A DNA stretch of 64,000 nucleotides from Alphaproteobacteria bacterium (GTDB lineage Bacteria; Pseudomonadota; Alphaproteobacteria; UBA828), in contig CBDEFM010000002.1 in NCBI GenBank assembly GCA_965237415.1, forward strand, positions 992,001 through 1,056,000, given 5' to 3'. A model generated the notes under the pieces. That model was not told where the DNA came from. It saw only the letters and a program-made list of their open reading frames with translations, and did not search any database. The position numbers were made by a program, and so were the translations under genes. Shown piece by piece: positions 9,562 through 19,801 of this stretch. Every line of letters starts with the position of its first letter. The stretch's first letter is position 1.

Positions 9562-10253
9562 GACACCAGTGCCTCCACGCCGAACAAATCGACGATCAGT
9601 TCGAAGCCCGCTGCCATCGGCGGCAGCACAATCTCGGCCAACGGGTTGAACGCGGTGCCGAACTCCGCCGCAATCAGCGGCACGACAAAGAATCCGACCA
9701 GCACCGCGATAATACCAAAGCGCTCGAGTCGCGCGAAACGTTCGGCTGAGCGCGGTGGGAGCAGCCCGTGTAACACGCGGCCGCCGTCCAGCGGCGGCAC
9801 CGGCAGCATGTTGAAGATGGCCAGCACCAGATTGATGGCGATGCCGAGGGTGAACGTCGCCCGCCACCACTCCGCGAACACCGGCGGAAAGACGGCCGCC
9901 GCGTGGAGCAGTAGTGCCGAGAGGCAGGCCAGAAGGATGTTCATCCCCGGCCCCGCCAGCGCCACCAGGACCATGCCGCCCCGCGGGTTGCGAAGCCTCG
10001 CCGGGTTGACCGGCACGGGTTTCGCAAAGCCGAATACGAACGGCGCGCCAAGCGCAATCAGGGTCCCGGGCAACAGGACCGTGCCCACCGGATGAACATG
10101 CTTGAGCGGATTGAGGGTAATGCGCCCGAGCCTCGCCGCCGTGTCGTCGCCCAGCTTGAGCGCAGCCCAGCCATGCGCGACCTCGTGCAGCGTGATTGCA
10201 AACAGCACCGGTATCACCCAAACCGATGCGGCGAGGAGCCATGCCTCGATCAC
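9549..10253 (-). CDS. Site-2 protease (peptidase M50) family protein
   Basis: HExxH 'HEVAHG', 'NMLPVPPLDGGR' and several transmembrane segments. Confidence 0.92.
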   Translation of the reverse strand: MIEAWLLAASVWVIPVLFAITLHEVAHGWAALKLGDDTAARLGRITLNPLKHVHPVGTVLLPGTLIALGAPFVFGFAKPVPVNPARLRNPRGGMVLVALAGPGMNILLACLSALLLHAAAVFPPVFAEWWRATFTLGIAINLVLAIFNMLPVPPLDGGRVLHGLLPPRSAERFARLERFGIIAVLVGFFVVPLIAAEFGTAFNPLAEIVLPPMAAGFELIVDLFGVEALVSWPI

Positions 10254-11284
10254 TGCGGCGTCACCTGAGCGAGCAAGGCATCCAACTCGCGGCGGCCATT
10301 GGCTTCGTCGAACGCATCGGGTGCCTGCCGCGCCGCGAGCATGCGGTCGAACCGCTCCCGCGCACGGCCGGCGAGCTTCGGCACTGCCGCCGCGACGTCC
10401 TCCATTTCGTCGCGTATGCCGTTGCAGTGAAGGGTCAAGTCGCAGCCGGCGGCGAGCGCGGCGGATGCGCGCTGGCCGACCGATCCGGTCAACGCTCCCA
10501 TGGACAGATCGTCAGTGATCAACAAGCCGTCGAACCCGATGGCGCCCCGCACCGCCTCTCCGATCACCTTAGGTGAGAGCGTGCCAGGCCGCTCGGGATC
10601 GAGCGCGGCGTAGCAGACATGCGCCGTCAAGCCCACGGGCGCGTCGCGGAGCGCGCGAAACGGCACAAAGTCACGGGCCCGCAACGCCTTGAGCGGCGCG
10701 TCTACTCGGGGTAGCACCGCGTGGCTATCGGCAGTCGCTCGGCCGTGGCCGGGTAGATGCTTTACGGCAGGGACGATTCCGCCGGCGCGCAAACCGTCCG
10801 CGACCGCGCGGCCGAGTCTCGCCACCAATCGCGGGTCGGCGCCGAACGAGCGATCGCCGACGACCTTGCTCGCGCCGGCGTAACGGAGATCCAGCGCCGG
10901 CACGCAGTTGACGGTAAATCCGAGCGCGAGCAGATCCACCGCCACCAGGCGCGCATTGAGCCAGGCAGCGCGAACGCCAGCATCCCCGTCGACTTCTGCC
11001 AACGCGCCGAGCAGCGCCGGCGCCGGCGGAGCGCGCCAGTGGGGAGGGCCGAGCCGGACCACGCGCCCCCCCTCCTGATCGATCAGGACCGGCGCGTCGG
11101 GGCGGCCCACCGCCTCGCGGAAGGCCCCGATCAAAGCCTGAGTTTGTGCCGGGCTCTCGCAGTTGCGCTTGAACAGGATGAAGCCCGCCGGATCGGCGTC
11201 GGCCAAAAAACGGCGTTCGCCATCGTCGAGCGCCTCGCCCGCGCAACCGAGAATCATCGCCCGCGGCGCGACACGCGCCGTCAT
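10250..11284 (-). CDS. nagZ: Beta-N-acetylhexosaminidase (GH3)
   Basis: 'IDQEGGRV', 'KHLPGHG...DSH', 'ITDDLSM'; canonical operon position. Confidence 0.93.
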   Translation of the reverse strand: MTARVAPRAMILGCAGEALDDGERRFLADADPAGFILFKRNCESPAQTQALIGAFREAVGRPDAPVLIDQEGGRVVRLGPPHWRAPPAPALLGALAEVDGDAGVRAAWLNARLVAVDLLALGFTVNCVPALDLRYAGASKVVGDRSFGADPRLVARLGRAVADGLRAGGIVPAVKHLPGHGRATADSHAVLPRVDAPLKALRARDFVPFRALRDAPVGLTAHVCYAALDPERPGTLSPKVIGEAVRGAIGFDGLLITDDLSMGALTGSVGQRASAALAAGCDLTLHCNGIRDEMEDVAAAVPKLAGRARERFDRMLAARQAPDAFDEANGRRELDALLAQVTPQ

Positions 11285-11291
11285 GCCCACC

Positions 11292-12512
11292 TCAATCCCG
11301 CGGCACGAAGCACTCGAGCCCGCGCGTCTTGAGTTGCGTGCAGACCCGCCGCGCCGCACCCGCGTCGCTGAGAGGGCCGGCGCGCAGCCGGTAGGTAATA
11401 CCGCTGTCGCCGCTATCGACCGGCATGATCAGTGGGCTGAGGCCGACGAGCACGTCATTGTGACGGCGGCGCAGCATCTCCCAGTGGCCTTCCAGCGCGC
11501 TCCGGGAGTTGGCGGCGCCGAGCTGGACGTAGCGCCACGTGCGGGAAGAATCCGACTGCACCGGCTCTGGCGCAGCGTCCCGCGCTTTCGAAGCGGCATC
11601 GTCGACCGGCCGCTCGGCCGGCGCGGTCCGCGCGAGGCTAACCGGCTTGTGGACGGGGAGCGGCACCGAGCCTACGTACTCCTGCCGAGCGTACTCCTCC
11701 CGTGCAGGGGCTGAAGATGTCTCAGCCTCTCGCTGCAGAATTTCCTCGACCAGGGCCAGCGTCTCCGGATCCAGCTGCGGTATTTCTTCGACTGTGGTCG
11801 GTGTCTCAGGCTCATGCGGCGGCGCTTCTTCGACCATGGCCGGCTCATCGAGATCCGGCAGAGGCGTTACATCGATCCGAATAGCGGCCAGCGTTCCGGG
11901 TTTCGGTGGATGCGGCCTCACGACCGCCTCAACCATCGGCGCTTCGGGTTCCGTTGCTTGAGGCTCAATTGCCTCTGGTTCTGGTGTCGGCGCCTCCTCG
12001 ATCGGGGCGGCTGCCGGCTCGTCGACGCCGCCTGCGTCCGGTTGCAGCGCGGCGGGGTCTCTCTCTACACCCGATGCTGCGACCGCCAGCTCTTCGGCGC
12101 GGTCGGCTTCAGGTTGCGGTGGACTCATGGGCTCTTCCGGCGGCGGCAGGACCCGCTCGGGCGCTTCCTCGGGGTCGGCCGTCGTCAGCGTCTCGTAAAT
12201 CAACGTGCCCTGGTTTGGAATTTCCATTCCGCCCGGATCAGCGGGACGGACCTTCCATGGCTCGGTCGACGCGGTGATGAGCCGCACCGAGGCCTCGTCG
12301 GGAGCAGGCGGCCCGCTCCCCATGTGCTCGGTCACCGCCCAGGCGCCACCCGAGAGCACCGCGGCGCCGAGAAGTATCCACACAGGAAGCAGCCGGGGGC
12401 GCCCGCTCTCCGCCGCTTCCCCGACGGCAGGCTCTGCTGGTTCCTGCGGCGGCTCCGGGCTCGGCGACTCGGGCGCCGACGGAGTCTCGGGGCCGTCTTC
12501 GCCGCCGCTCAT
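11292..12512 (-). CDS. SPOR-domain cell division protein (FtsN-like)
   Basis: N-terminal transmembrane segment, '[16 protein letters not shown]', P/E-rich linker, C-terminal SPOR domain 'YVQLGA...[23 protein letters not shown]'. Confidence 0.85.
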   Translation of the reverse strand: MSGGEDGPETPSAPESPSPEPPQEPAEPAVGEAAESGRPRLLPVWILLGAAVLSGGAWAVTEHMGSGPPAPDEASVRLITASTEPWKVRPADPGGMEIPNQGTLIYETLTTADPEEAPERVLPPPEEPMSPPQPEADRAEELAVAASGVERDPAALQPDAGGVDEPAAAPIEEAPTPEPEAIEPQATEPEAPMVEAVVRPHPPKPGTLAAIRIDVTPLPDLDEPAMVEEAPPHEPETPTTVEEIPQLDPETLALVEEILQREAETSSAPAREEYARQEYVGSVPLPVHKPVSLARTAPAERPVDDAASKARDAAPEPVQSDSSRTWRYVQLGAANSRSALEGHWEMLRRRHNDVLVGLSPLIMPVDSGDSGITYRLRAGPLSDAGAARRVCTQLKTRGLECFVPRD

Positions 12513-14263
12513 CGCATCTCCTGCACCGGCTCGACTCCGAACAGTGCCAGCCCCTCCGCAATAACGATCTTGACGGCGCTTATCAATGCGAGCCGGGCGC
12601 GTGTCTCCGCCGGCCGCTTGCCATCGACGATGCGAAGCCGCGGGTCGTCCTTGCCCCTGGTCCAGAGCAGATGAAAGGCGCCCGCAAGGTCATGCAAATA
12701 AAAGGCGATCCGGTGCGGCTCGTGGGCGAGCGCCGCGCCGGCCAGCACCCGTGGCCATTGGCAGAGCAGGCGGATCAGGTCGAGCTCGGACGGATCGTCC
12801 AGGCACGTGAGGTCGACGCGGGCGAGAGCGGCAAGCGCAAGCTCGGGCTCGGGCACGATCTCTGCCCCGCGGCGCAGCGCCGAGCAGGCCCTGGCATGGG
12901 CATACTGAACGTAGAAGACAGGATTGTCCCGCGACTGCTCGGTAACCCGGTTGAGATCGAATTCGAGTGGCGCATCGTTGCGGCGGGTCAGCATGATAAA
13001 GCGGACGACGTCGCGCCCGACCTCATCGACAACATCCCGCAAGGTCACGAAGCGCCCGGCCCGCTTCGACATCGCCACCGGCTCGCCGCCGTCGAGCAAC
13101 TTCACCATCTGACATATCTTCACGTCGAGGCTCGCCGAATCGCCGGAAAGCGCTGATACAGCAGCCTTCATCCGCTTGACGTAGCCGCCGTGGTCTGCGC
13201 CCCAGACGTCGATCAGGTCGGTGAAGCCGCGCTCGATCTTGTCGCGGTGATAGGCAATATCGGTGGCGAAGTAGGTCCAGGTGCCGTCCGACTTCCTGAG
13301 CGGCCGGTCCGTATCGTCGCCGAAGACGGTGGCGCGGAAGAGACTCTGTTCGCGCGGCTCCCAATCCTCGTCGCGCTTGCCCTTGGGCGGCTCCGGCACG
13401 CCGCGGTAAATGAGATCGGCGGCCTCCAGTGCGGCGTACGCGTCGTCGACGCGGCCCTCGTCGACCAGCGCGCGCTCCGAGCGAAACAGATCGTGGCTCA
13501 CACCCAGCGCTTCGAGATCGGCTCGCACGAGGTCCATCATGGCGTCGGTGGCGAAGCGGCGGACCTCCGGCAGCCAGACCGATTCGGGCTCCTCCAGCCA
13601 GCGGCGACCGTCACGGGCCGCAAGCGCCTCGCCGACGGGCACCAGATAGTCGCCCGGATAGAGCCCCTCGGGGATGGCACCGATCGTCTCGCCGCACGCC
13701 TCGCGGTAGCGGGCGTGGACCGAGCGGGCCAGCGTATCGACCTGCGCGCCGGCGTCGTTCACATAATATTCGCGCGTCACCGCGAAACCCATATGCGAGA
13801 GCAGGTTGGCGAGGGCATCGCCCACCACCGCGCCCCTGGCGTGCCCGACGTGGAGCGGCCCCGTCGGGTTGGTCGAGACGTATTCGACATTGACCGGCCG
13901 GCCACGGCCGAGGTCTGTGGCGCCGTACCCTGGGCCGGTCTGGAGCAGTTCCGCCAGCCGCGCCCACCAGAACTCGTCCGTGAGCCGGAGGTTGACGAAG
14001 CCGGGGCCGGCCACTTCGACGGCACGAATGTCCGCGCGCCCGTCCAACCGTTCAGCCAGATGCTGGGCGATTTCGCGTGGCTTGCGTCGCGCCTGCTTGG
14101 CCAGGACCAGTGCCGCATTGCACGCCGCATCGCCGTGCTCCGCCTCGCGCGGAGGCTCGACAGAGACAGCCGAGAGATCGAGCCCGCGAGGCAGCAGGCC
14201 AGCCCCGCTCATCGCCTCAATCTCGACCTGAATAACATCTGACAAGTAGCTGAAAACATTCAT
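12509..14263 (-). CDS. argS: Arginine--tRNA ligase
   Basis: HIGH-type '[17 protein letters not shown]', 'WGADHGGY', 'MSKRAG', '[12 protein letters not shown]'. Confidence 0.97.
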   Translation of the reverse strand: MNVFSYLSDVIQVEIEAMSGAGLLPRGLDLSAVSVEPPREAEHGDAACNAALVLAKQARRKPREIAQHLAERLDGRADIRAVEVAGPGFVNLRLTDEFWWARLAELLQTGPGYGATDLGRGRPVNVEYVSTNPTGPLHVGHARGAVVGDALANLLSHMGFAVTREYYVNDAGAQVDTLARSVHARYREACGETIGAIPEGLYPGDYLVPVGEALAARDGRRWLEEPESVWLPEVRRFATDAMMDLVRADLEALGVSHDLFRSERALVDEGRVDDAYAALEAADLIYRGVPEPPKGKRDEDWEPREQSLFRATVFGDDTDRPLRKSDGTWTYFATDIAYHRDKIERGFTDLIDVWGADHGGYVKRMKAAVSALSGDSASLDVKICQMVKLLDGGEPVAMSKRAGRFVTLRDVVDEVGRDVVRFIMLTRRNDAPLEFDLNRVTEQSRDNPVFYVQYAHARACSALRRGAEIVPEPELALAALARVDLTCLDDPSELDLIRLLCQWPRVLAGAALAHEPHRIAFYLHDLAGAFHLLWTRGKDDPRLRIVDGKRPAETRARLALISAVKIVIAEGLALFGVEPVQEMR

Positions 14264-15471
14264 CTCCACAGCACCGTATCGAAGAGATTGCGATGTTCCT
14301 GGATGGCGAAGCGATCCGTCATTCCAGCAACGTAATCGGCGACGACGCGCGCCGTCGTCACCGTTCGCGCGCCGTCGCACCGGCCCCACCACTCCTCGGG
14401 CAGGCATTGGGGCTCGTCGACGAAAAGCTCGAAGAGCTCGCGCACGGTCCGGCGCGCCTTGCTAGCCATCCGGTTGACCTTGTGATGACGATACATGCGC
14501 TCGTGCAGGAATGCCTTCAAGGCCTCTCCCTGGGCCTGCATGGTCGCCGAGAAAGCGATCAGCGGCGCACCATGCCCGCGCACGGCCTCCGCGTCACTCG
14601 GCCTCGCCTCCTCCAGGCGCTGCCGGCTCGTATCGATCACGTCCTCGACCATGGTTCCGATCATGCGGCGAACGGTCTCGTGAATGAGGCGGCCCTCGTC
14701 GCCACCCGGATGGTCGGCGATTGCGTCATCGAGAATCGCGCCCACGAGAGGGACGTCCCGCACGTCGTCGACGGTGAAGAGGCCGGCGCGCAGCCCGTCA
14801 TCCACGTCGTGGTTGTTGTAGGCGATATCGTCGGCCAGCGCCGCGATCTGGGCCTCTGGGCCGGCATGGGTGTGGAGTTCCAGGTCGTGCCGGGCCGAAT
14901 AAGACTCGATGTCGCCGGGCACGGCATCCGGCGGCCGTGGGCCATTGTGCTTCGCCACCCCTTCCAGGGTCTCCCAGGTCAGGTTCAGGCCGTCGAAGCC
15001 GTTATAGCGGTGCTCCAGGGACGTCAGGATGCGTACGGTCTGGGCGTTATGGTCGAAGCCGCCGTAGGGCGCCATCGCTTGATCGAGCGCCGCCTCCCCG
15101 GCGTGACCGAAAGGCGGGTGCCCAAGATCGTGGGCCAAAGCAAGCGCCTCGGCGAGGTCTTCGTCCACACCGAGGACGCGGCTGATCGAGCGCGCAATCT
15201 GCGCGACCTCCAGGCTGTGGGTCAGCCGGGTGCGGTAGTGATCCCCCTCGTGATAGACGAAGACCTGGGTCTTGTGCTGCAGGCGCCGAAAAGCCGTGCA
15301 GTGGATGATCCGGTCGCGGTCGCGCTGAAAGGCCGTCCGAGTGCGGCTTTCCGGCTCCGGATAGAGGCGCCCGCGGCTCTGCTCGGGGAGTGAAGCATAG
15401 GGCGCCGCGGCGCGCCGCGTCGCCGGCGCATCCTCGATCGCCTCACTGGCGCTCGCGTCGCTCACGGTCAC
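14260..15471 (-). CDS. dgt: Deoxyguanosinetriphosphate triphosphohydrolase (dGTPase, HD family)
   Basis: '[22 protein letters not shown]', '[12 protein letters not shown]', '[14 protein letters not shown]', '[11 protein letters not shown]'. Confidence 0.95.
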   Translation of the reverse strand: MTVSDASASEAIEDAPATRRAAAPYASLPEQSRGRLYPEPESRTRTAFQRDRDRIIHCTAFRRLQHKTQVFVYHEGDHYRTRLTHSLEVAQIARSISRVLGVDEDLAEALALAHDLGHPPFGHAGEAALDQAMAPYGGFDHNAQTVRILTSLEHRYNGFDGLNLTWETLEGVAKHNGPRPPDAVPGDIESYSARHDLELHTHAGPEAQIAALADDIAYNNHDVDDGLRAGLFTVDDVRDVPLVGAILDDAIADHPGGDEGRLIHETVRRMIGTMVEDVIDTSRQRLEEARPSDAEAVRGHGAPLIAFSATMQAQGEALKAFLHERMYRHHKVNRMASKARRTVRELFELFVDEPQCLPEEWWGRCDGARTVTTARVVADYVAGMTDRFAIQEHRNLFDTVLWR

Positions 15472-15980
15472 ATCTCGCCTGCGGGCCCGCGGATTGCGTG
15501 GAGCCGCTTCGTCGGCAGCTGGATCGGTGGCGGCACCGCGTAGAACGTGTGGACTTCTGGCGTCTCCTCCTCGGACTCGGCTGAATCGTTGCCCGGTTCG
15601 GTCGAGCGGATTACCACGTCGTGGCCCGAACGCCGCGTCTCGCGCATGACCGACTGAAGCCGCTGGGCGGCTGCCTGATCCCAGGGCAACGCGTAGAATC
15701 GCGGCGTTCCCTCGACGGAAAGCCAGAGATAGATGGCTTCGTCCTCGCGCAGTGCGGCCGAGAGCACTCGTGCGCCCGCCACATCGTCCAATTCGGGGGA
15801 GAGCATCTTCGGCCGCGAGAGCAGCATGGAATAGCTGAAATAGCCGACCACGACGAGGGCAGCGAGCAAACCCACGGCGGCGGCCTTCCAGAGCGCCCGC
15901 CGCCGGGACCAGACCGCAATACTCGCGAGCGCTGCGCCTACCAGCGCAAGGGCGACATAGAGGTAGGCGAAGCTATCCAC
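15468..15980 (-). CDS. Hypothetical membrane protein (two N-terminal TM helices), third gene of the MotA/ExbB-like module
   Basis: Two hydrophobic helices followed by a soluble part 'EDEAIYLWL...PRFYALPWD'. Overlaps both neighbours. GTG start at 15980 (alternative 15995). Confidence 0.75.
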   Translation of the reverse strand: MDSFAYLYVALALVGAALASIAVWSRRRALWKAAAVGLLAALVVVGYFSYSMLLSRPKMLSPELDDVAGARVLSAALREDEAIYLWLSVEGTPRFYALPWDQAAAQRLQSVMRETRRSGHDVVIRSTEPGNDSAESEEETPEVHTFYAVPPPIQLPTKRLHAIRGPAGEM

Positions 15981-16617
15981 CCGGCCGCACCTCACGGGAG
16001 CGCAGCTGAGACTGGGCGTATTCCCGTATCAGCGAGAGCCTGACGTCGTTGACGCTGCCGTGCACGAGCGCGCCCTTGCCGGTCAACGCGAAGCGAAACA
16101 CGGTCGTCTCGTGGCGCGGATAGCGCAGCTCGACCTCCTTTTCCAGGATCGGCGTCGGCCTGTTCTCGCCCTCGCGCTTGACGCTGACAACCACCTGCAC
16201 CTGTACCGGAACCGGCTGGATCGGATCCTCCAGGCGGTAGGCCTGGACATTGACGATCCATTCGCCAGGCACGATGCCCCGACTGTAGACAATCTCGTAA
16301 TTGATGTCGGTAAGGTCTTGAAACAAGCCGAGATCGTCGCGCAATAGATTGACCACCTCGTTGCCCTTGTTGGGGAAGCCGACCGGCAACCTGTCCGGCG
16401 CCTTGACCCAGAGATCGATATCGGCGTCGCGATCGGCCGCCCACACAAGCTCGATGATCACATTGCCGGGATCGCTGATCCCTTCGGCCTCGCTCTCGGC
16501 TTCGGCACCCGGATTAAGGAACGGCAACAGCATGAGCACCATCGCGACGAAGGCTGCGAGCGCCAACAGAGTGACATCGCGGAAGATCGTGCCGCTGTCG
16601 TCGTCAAACTCGTCCAT
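15973..16617 (-). CDS. Single-pass membrane protein, ExbD/MotB-like topology, with an unusual periplasmic beta domain
   Basis: Asp at the start of the single TM ('IFRDVTLLALAAFVAMVLMLLPF'), then 'IELVW..DADIDLWVKAP...NYEIVY...PGEWIVNV'. No OmpA-like peptidoglycan-binding motif seen. Confidence 0.75.
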   Translation of the reverse strand: MDEFDDDSGTIFRDVTLLALAAFVAMVLMLLPFLNPGAEAESEAEGISDPGNVIIELVWAADRDADIDLWVKAPDRLPVGFPNKGNEVVNLLRDDLGLFQDLTDINYEIVYSRGIVPGEWIVNVQAYRLEDPIQPVPVQVQVVVSVKREGENRPTPILEKEVELRYPRHETTVFRFALTGKGALVHGSVNDVRLSLIREYAQSQLRSREVRPGG

Positions 16618-17197
16618 CGGCCGCGAGGAGCTCGCTGTAGAGGGTGGCGGTGCCGGTCGCCAGCATACGGTAGTTGACGGTGAGCCACAGGCCCAGCACG
16701 GCGCCCTCCAGGGTCGTGTAAAGCGCGACCGACATGCCGCTGATAAGGGTCGAAATCATCGGCTGTACGGCAGCGAGCGTGCCCGCATCCTCCGCCGAAA
16801 CCCCGGAGAGCGCGATGATGAAACCGGTCACGGTGCCGATCAGACCGAGCACGACGAGCGCGGAGGCGATCTGCCGCACCACCGCGATGCGGCTGAAGAG
16901 GCGTGCCTTGAGCGCCTCGGCCATAAACTCCGGGCGAACGGGCGTACGGGTCCAGGCCATCGGGAGGTCTACGGTCCCGTCTGCCTCCAGCCTGTTGAGG
17001 GCAGCGCTTGTCTTGAACAGACGGTATCCGCAGAGCGCGAGGCCCACCGCGAAGACGCCGAAGATGACGAAGACGAGGCCGGTGGGATCCGCCTCTACGA
17101 GCCGGGCAAGCCAGCCCTGTGCGCCCGCGAGCCCGAGCAGGGCTGCGCCCACGATATTGACGATAAGGAACCGGTAGAGGAGCAGGTAGCGGCGCAA
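16604..17197 (-). CDS. MotA/TolQ/ExbB proton-channel family protein
   Basis: Family motifs 'LGLIGTVTGFIIAL' and 'GMSVALYTTLEG'. TTG start preceded by AGGAG with 8-nt spacing. Confidence 0.85.
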   Translation of the reverse strand: MRRYLLLYRFLIVNIVGAALLGLAGAQGWLARLVEADPTGLVFVIFGVFAVGLALCGYRLFKTSAALNRLEADGTVDLPMAWTRTPVRPEFMAEALKARLFSRIAVVRQIASALVVLGLIGTVTGFIIALSGVSAEDAGTLAAVQPMISTLISGMSVALYTTLEGAVLGLWLTVNYRMLATGTATLYSELLAADGRV

Positions 17198-17392
17198 CCG
17201 GTCGACTCCTGCGTCGTGACGGCGGCCGGCCCGCGCGGGCGCACCACGCCCGGAGCCTGTTTCGGACGGTCTATCGAACGCAGGCCCCTGTCAATGGCCG
17301 TGTCCCGATCAGGGCATTTGCGAGCGAGATCAACCAAAACGGCGTTGCGCGGTTTATCATGCCCGCGATCTCCCACGTCCGGAGGCATCTGA

Positions 17393-18532
17393 ATGATCGC
17401 GGCCGACGCCTTCCTGGAACCGGCGCAGGAACGGGGGTTCTCGTTCTACGCCGGTGTCCCCTGCTCGTTCCTGACCCCGCTGATCAACCGGGTGATCTCT
17501 GCCCCCGCGCTCAACTACGTCGGCGCGGCGAGCGAGGGCGAGGCCGTGGCGGTGGCGGCGGGCGCCTGGATGGCAGGGCGGCGCACGGTCGTGATGTGCC
17601 AGAACTCCGGCCTCGGCAATACCGTCAACCCGTTGACCTCCCTCAACCACCCCTTCCGCATCCCGACGCTCCTGATCGTCACCTGGCGCGGCCAGCCGGG
17701 GCTCAAGGACGAGCCGCAACACGAACTGATGGGCAAGGTGATGGGATCGCTCCTCGACACGATCGCCATCGGCCACGCCGGCTTCCCCAAGGAGGCCGAC
17801 GTCGTGGCGGTGGCGCTCGATCGGGCCGAGCGGGCCATGGCGGCGGACGAGTTGCCGTTTGCGCTGATCATGGAGAAGGGCAGCGTTCGCGACGACGGCC
17901 TCGATCAACCGGATCAACCGATCCACCCGCGGGGCGAGGTCGCGGACCTGCGTCAGGGTGGCGAACGGCCCGCGCGGATCGATCTGCTGCGCTGCGTTCA
18001 GGCGCTTGTGCCGGCGGCGGCCGCTGTCGTGGCGACCACCGGCAAGACGGGGCGCGAGCTCTTTACCTGCGAGGACCGCTCGCAGCAGCTCTATCAGGTG
18101 GGCTCCATGGGCTGCGCGTCGGCGATGGGCCTCGGCGTTGCCCTCAACACAGAGCGCCCGGTGGTGGTGCTGGACGGCGACGGCGCGGCGCTGATGAAGC
18201 TCGGTACCATGGCGACCATCGGCGCCCACGCGCCTGACAATCTGATCCATGTCGTGCTCGACAACGGCGTGCACGATTCGACCGGCGGGCAAGCGACCGT
18301 CTCGCCCAATGTGAATTTCGCGGCCGTCGCCCAAGCCTGCGGCTACCCGCGCAGCTTTCGCTGCGACAGCCAGGCAGGCTTCGCCCGCGCGCTGGAGACC
18401 GCCTTCGACGAAGGCCCGAGGCCAGTGCTGATTCATGCGTTGATCTCGCCCGGCTCCCTCGCCGAGCTGGGCCGGCCCACGATCGCGCCCCGCGACGTGG
18501 CACGGCGCTTCCGCTCCTTCTTGGCGGGATGA
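17393..18532 (+). CDS. aepY: Phosphonopyruvate decarboxylase (ThDP-dependent)
   Basis: 'GVPCSFLTPLIN', 'QNSGLGNTVNPLTSL', 'WRGQPGLKDEPQHELMG', 'VGSMG', 'DGDGAALM', 'DNGVHDSTGGQ'. Confidence 0.88.
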   Translation: MIAADAFLEPAQERGFSFYAGVPCSFLTPLINRVISAPALNYVGAASEGEAVAVAAGAWMAGRRTVVMCQNSGLGNTVNPLTSLNHPFRIPTLLIVTWRGQPGLKDEPQHELMGKVMGSLLDTIAIGHAGFPKEADVVAVALDRAERAMAADELPFALIMEKGSVRDDGLDQPDQPIHPRGEVADLRQGGERPARIDLLRCVQALVPAAAAVVATTGKTGRELFTCEDRSQQLYQVGSMGCASAMGLGVALNTERPVVVLDGDGAALMKLGTMATIGAHAPDNLIHVVLDNGVHDSTGGQATVSPNVNFAAVAQACGYPRSFRCDSQAGFARALETAFDEGPRPVLIHALISPGSLAELGRPTIAPRDVARRFRSFLAG

Positions 18533-18658
18533 CTCGGTTCGGCCTGAGCGGGGGAGCGCCAGACCCCCGTCGCCGAGGCGCGCCGATGCGCTGGAAAACG
18601 GGCGAAACCTTCGCGCCGAGATTCGACAGCATGTATATGGCCGCCATTGACGTGTATT

Positions 18659-18674
18659 ATTTCGACATCGAAAT
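18659..18674. promoter_or_regulatory. Palindromic operator upstream of the TAXI gene
   Basis: Perfect inverted repeat ATTTCGA-CA-TCGAAAT lying between a TTGACG hexamer and the GGAGG RBS. Confidence 0.55.
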
Positions 18675-18691
18675 CGCAGGGAGGACAAGTC

Positions 18692-19693
18692 ATGAAGCTT
18701 CTGAGACTCACGACGTGCGCGCTGGCCGCGGCGGCCCTCATGGGCCTGACCCTCGGCACCGCCGGCGAGGCGAGCGCGCAGGAGAAGAGGTTTATCTCCA
18801 TCGGTACCGGCGGCCCGACCGGCGTCTATTTCGTGGTCGGCAACTCGGTCTGCCGCATGGTCCACAAGGAGGCCGCGGAGGGCCGCAAGTCGGGCCGCAA
18901 GCACGGCATCCGCTGCGCTGCGCCGTCCACCGGCGGCTCCACCTACAACATCGGCCAGATCTGCCAGGGCGAGCTCGACTTCGGCGTCGCCCAGTCCGAC
19001 TGGCAGTTCCATGCGGTCAACGGCAGCTCCGAGAAGGTCACGAACTGCCCCGGCCTGCGCGCGGTTTTCTCCGTGCACGGCGAGCCCTTCCATCTGATCG
19101 CCGCCGACGGGTCGGAGATCGGTTCCTTCACCGACACCAAGGGCAAGCGTGTCAACATCGGCAACCCCGGCTCGGGCCAGCGCGGCACGACCGAGGTGCT
19201 GATGGAAGGCTACGGCATCACTGCCGACGACTTCGCGGTGGCGACCGAGCTGACCTCGACCGAGCAGTCCCAGGCGCTCTGCGACGGCAAGATCGACGCC
19301 TATGGCTACACCGTCGGCGTGCCGAATGCCGGCGTGTCCGTGGCGACGGACGGCTGCAGCGCCTACATCGTCAACCTCACCGGCGAGGTCGAACAGAAGC
19401 TGGTGGCGGACAATCCCTACTACGCCTTCACGACCATCCCCGCTGGCACCTACAAGACCACCGAGGCGGACGTGACGACCTTCGGCGTGATGGCGACCTT
19501 CGTCAGCCACGAGAACGTGCCCGAGGATGTGGTCTACGAGGTCACCCGTGCGGTGATGGAGAACCTGGAGGACTTCCAGAATCTGCATCCCGCCTTCGCC
19601 AACCTCGATCCGGCGAACATGATCAAGAACGGCCTCTCGGCACCGCTCCATCCGGGTGCGGCGAAGTACTACACGGAACAGGGCTGGATGTAG
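18692..19693 (+). CDS. TAXI-family TRAP transporter solute-binding protein
   Basis: Signal peptide, 'ISIGTGGPTGVYF', 'STGGSTYNI', 'VAQSDWQ', 'NIGNPGSGQR', 'APLHPGAAKYY'. Confidence 0.93.
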   Translation: MKLLRLTTCALAAAALMGLTLGTAGEASAQEKRFISIGTGGPTGVYFVVGNSVCRMVHKEAAEGRKSGRKHGIRCAAPSTGGSTYNIGQICQGELDFGVAQSDWQFHAVNGSSEKVTNCPGLRAVFSVHGEPFHLIAADGSEIGSFTDTKGKRVNIGNPGSGQRGTTEVLMEGYGITADDFAVATELTSTEQSQALCDGKIDAYGYTVGVPNAGVSVATDGCSAYIVNLTGEVEQKLVADNPYYAFTTIPAGTYKTTEADVTTFGVMATFVSHENVPEDVVYEVTRAVMENLEDFQNLHPAFANLDPANMIKNGLSAPLHPGAAKYYTEQGWM

Positions 19694-19704
19694 CCCTCCG
19701 GTCC

Positions 19705-19747
19705 TGGCGGCCGGCATCCCGCAACGGGTGCCGGCCGTTAGCTTTCT
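19705..19747 (+). terminator. Stem-loop after the TAXI binding-protein gene
   Basis: GGCGGCCGGCATCC...GGGTGCCGGCCGTT stem (includes G-U pairs), followed by a short T-rich tract. Confidence 0.55.
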
Positions 19748-19801
19748 GACTGTCCCGAGGCGGGCGGCACGAGGGGACGAACGCGCCGGAATGGGGCGCC
19801 C

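Noticed and set aside
15468-17197. Calling the module Zorya, flagellar motAB, exbBD-tonB or tolQRA
   Set aside because: There is no long ZorA tail, no OmpA-like peptidoglycan-binding domain, no TonB/TolA-like protein, and none of the usual neighbouring genes.
17289-17294. Perfect TTGACA on the minus strand upstream of the MotA-like gene
   Set aside because: There is no convincing -10 element at 16-18 nt spacing, so it is not reported as a promoter.
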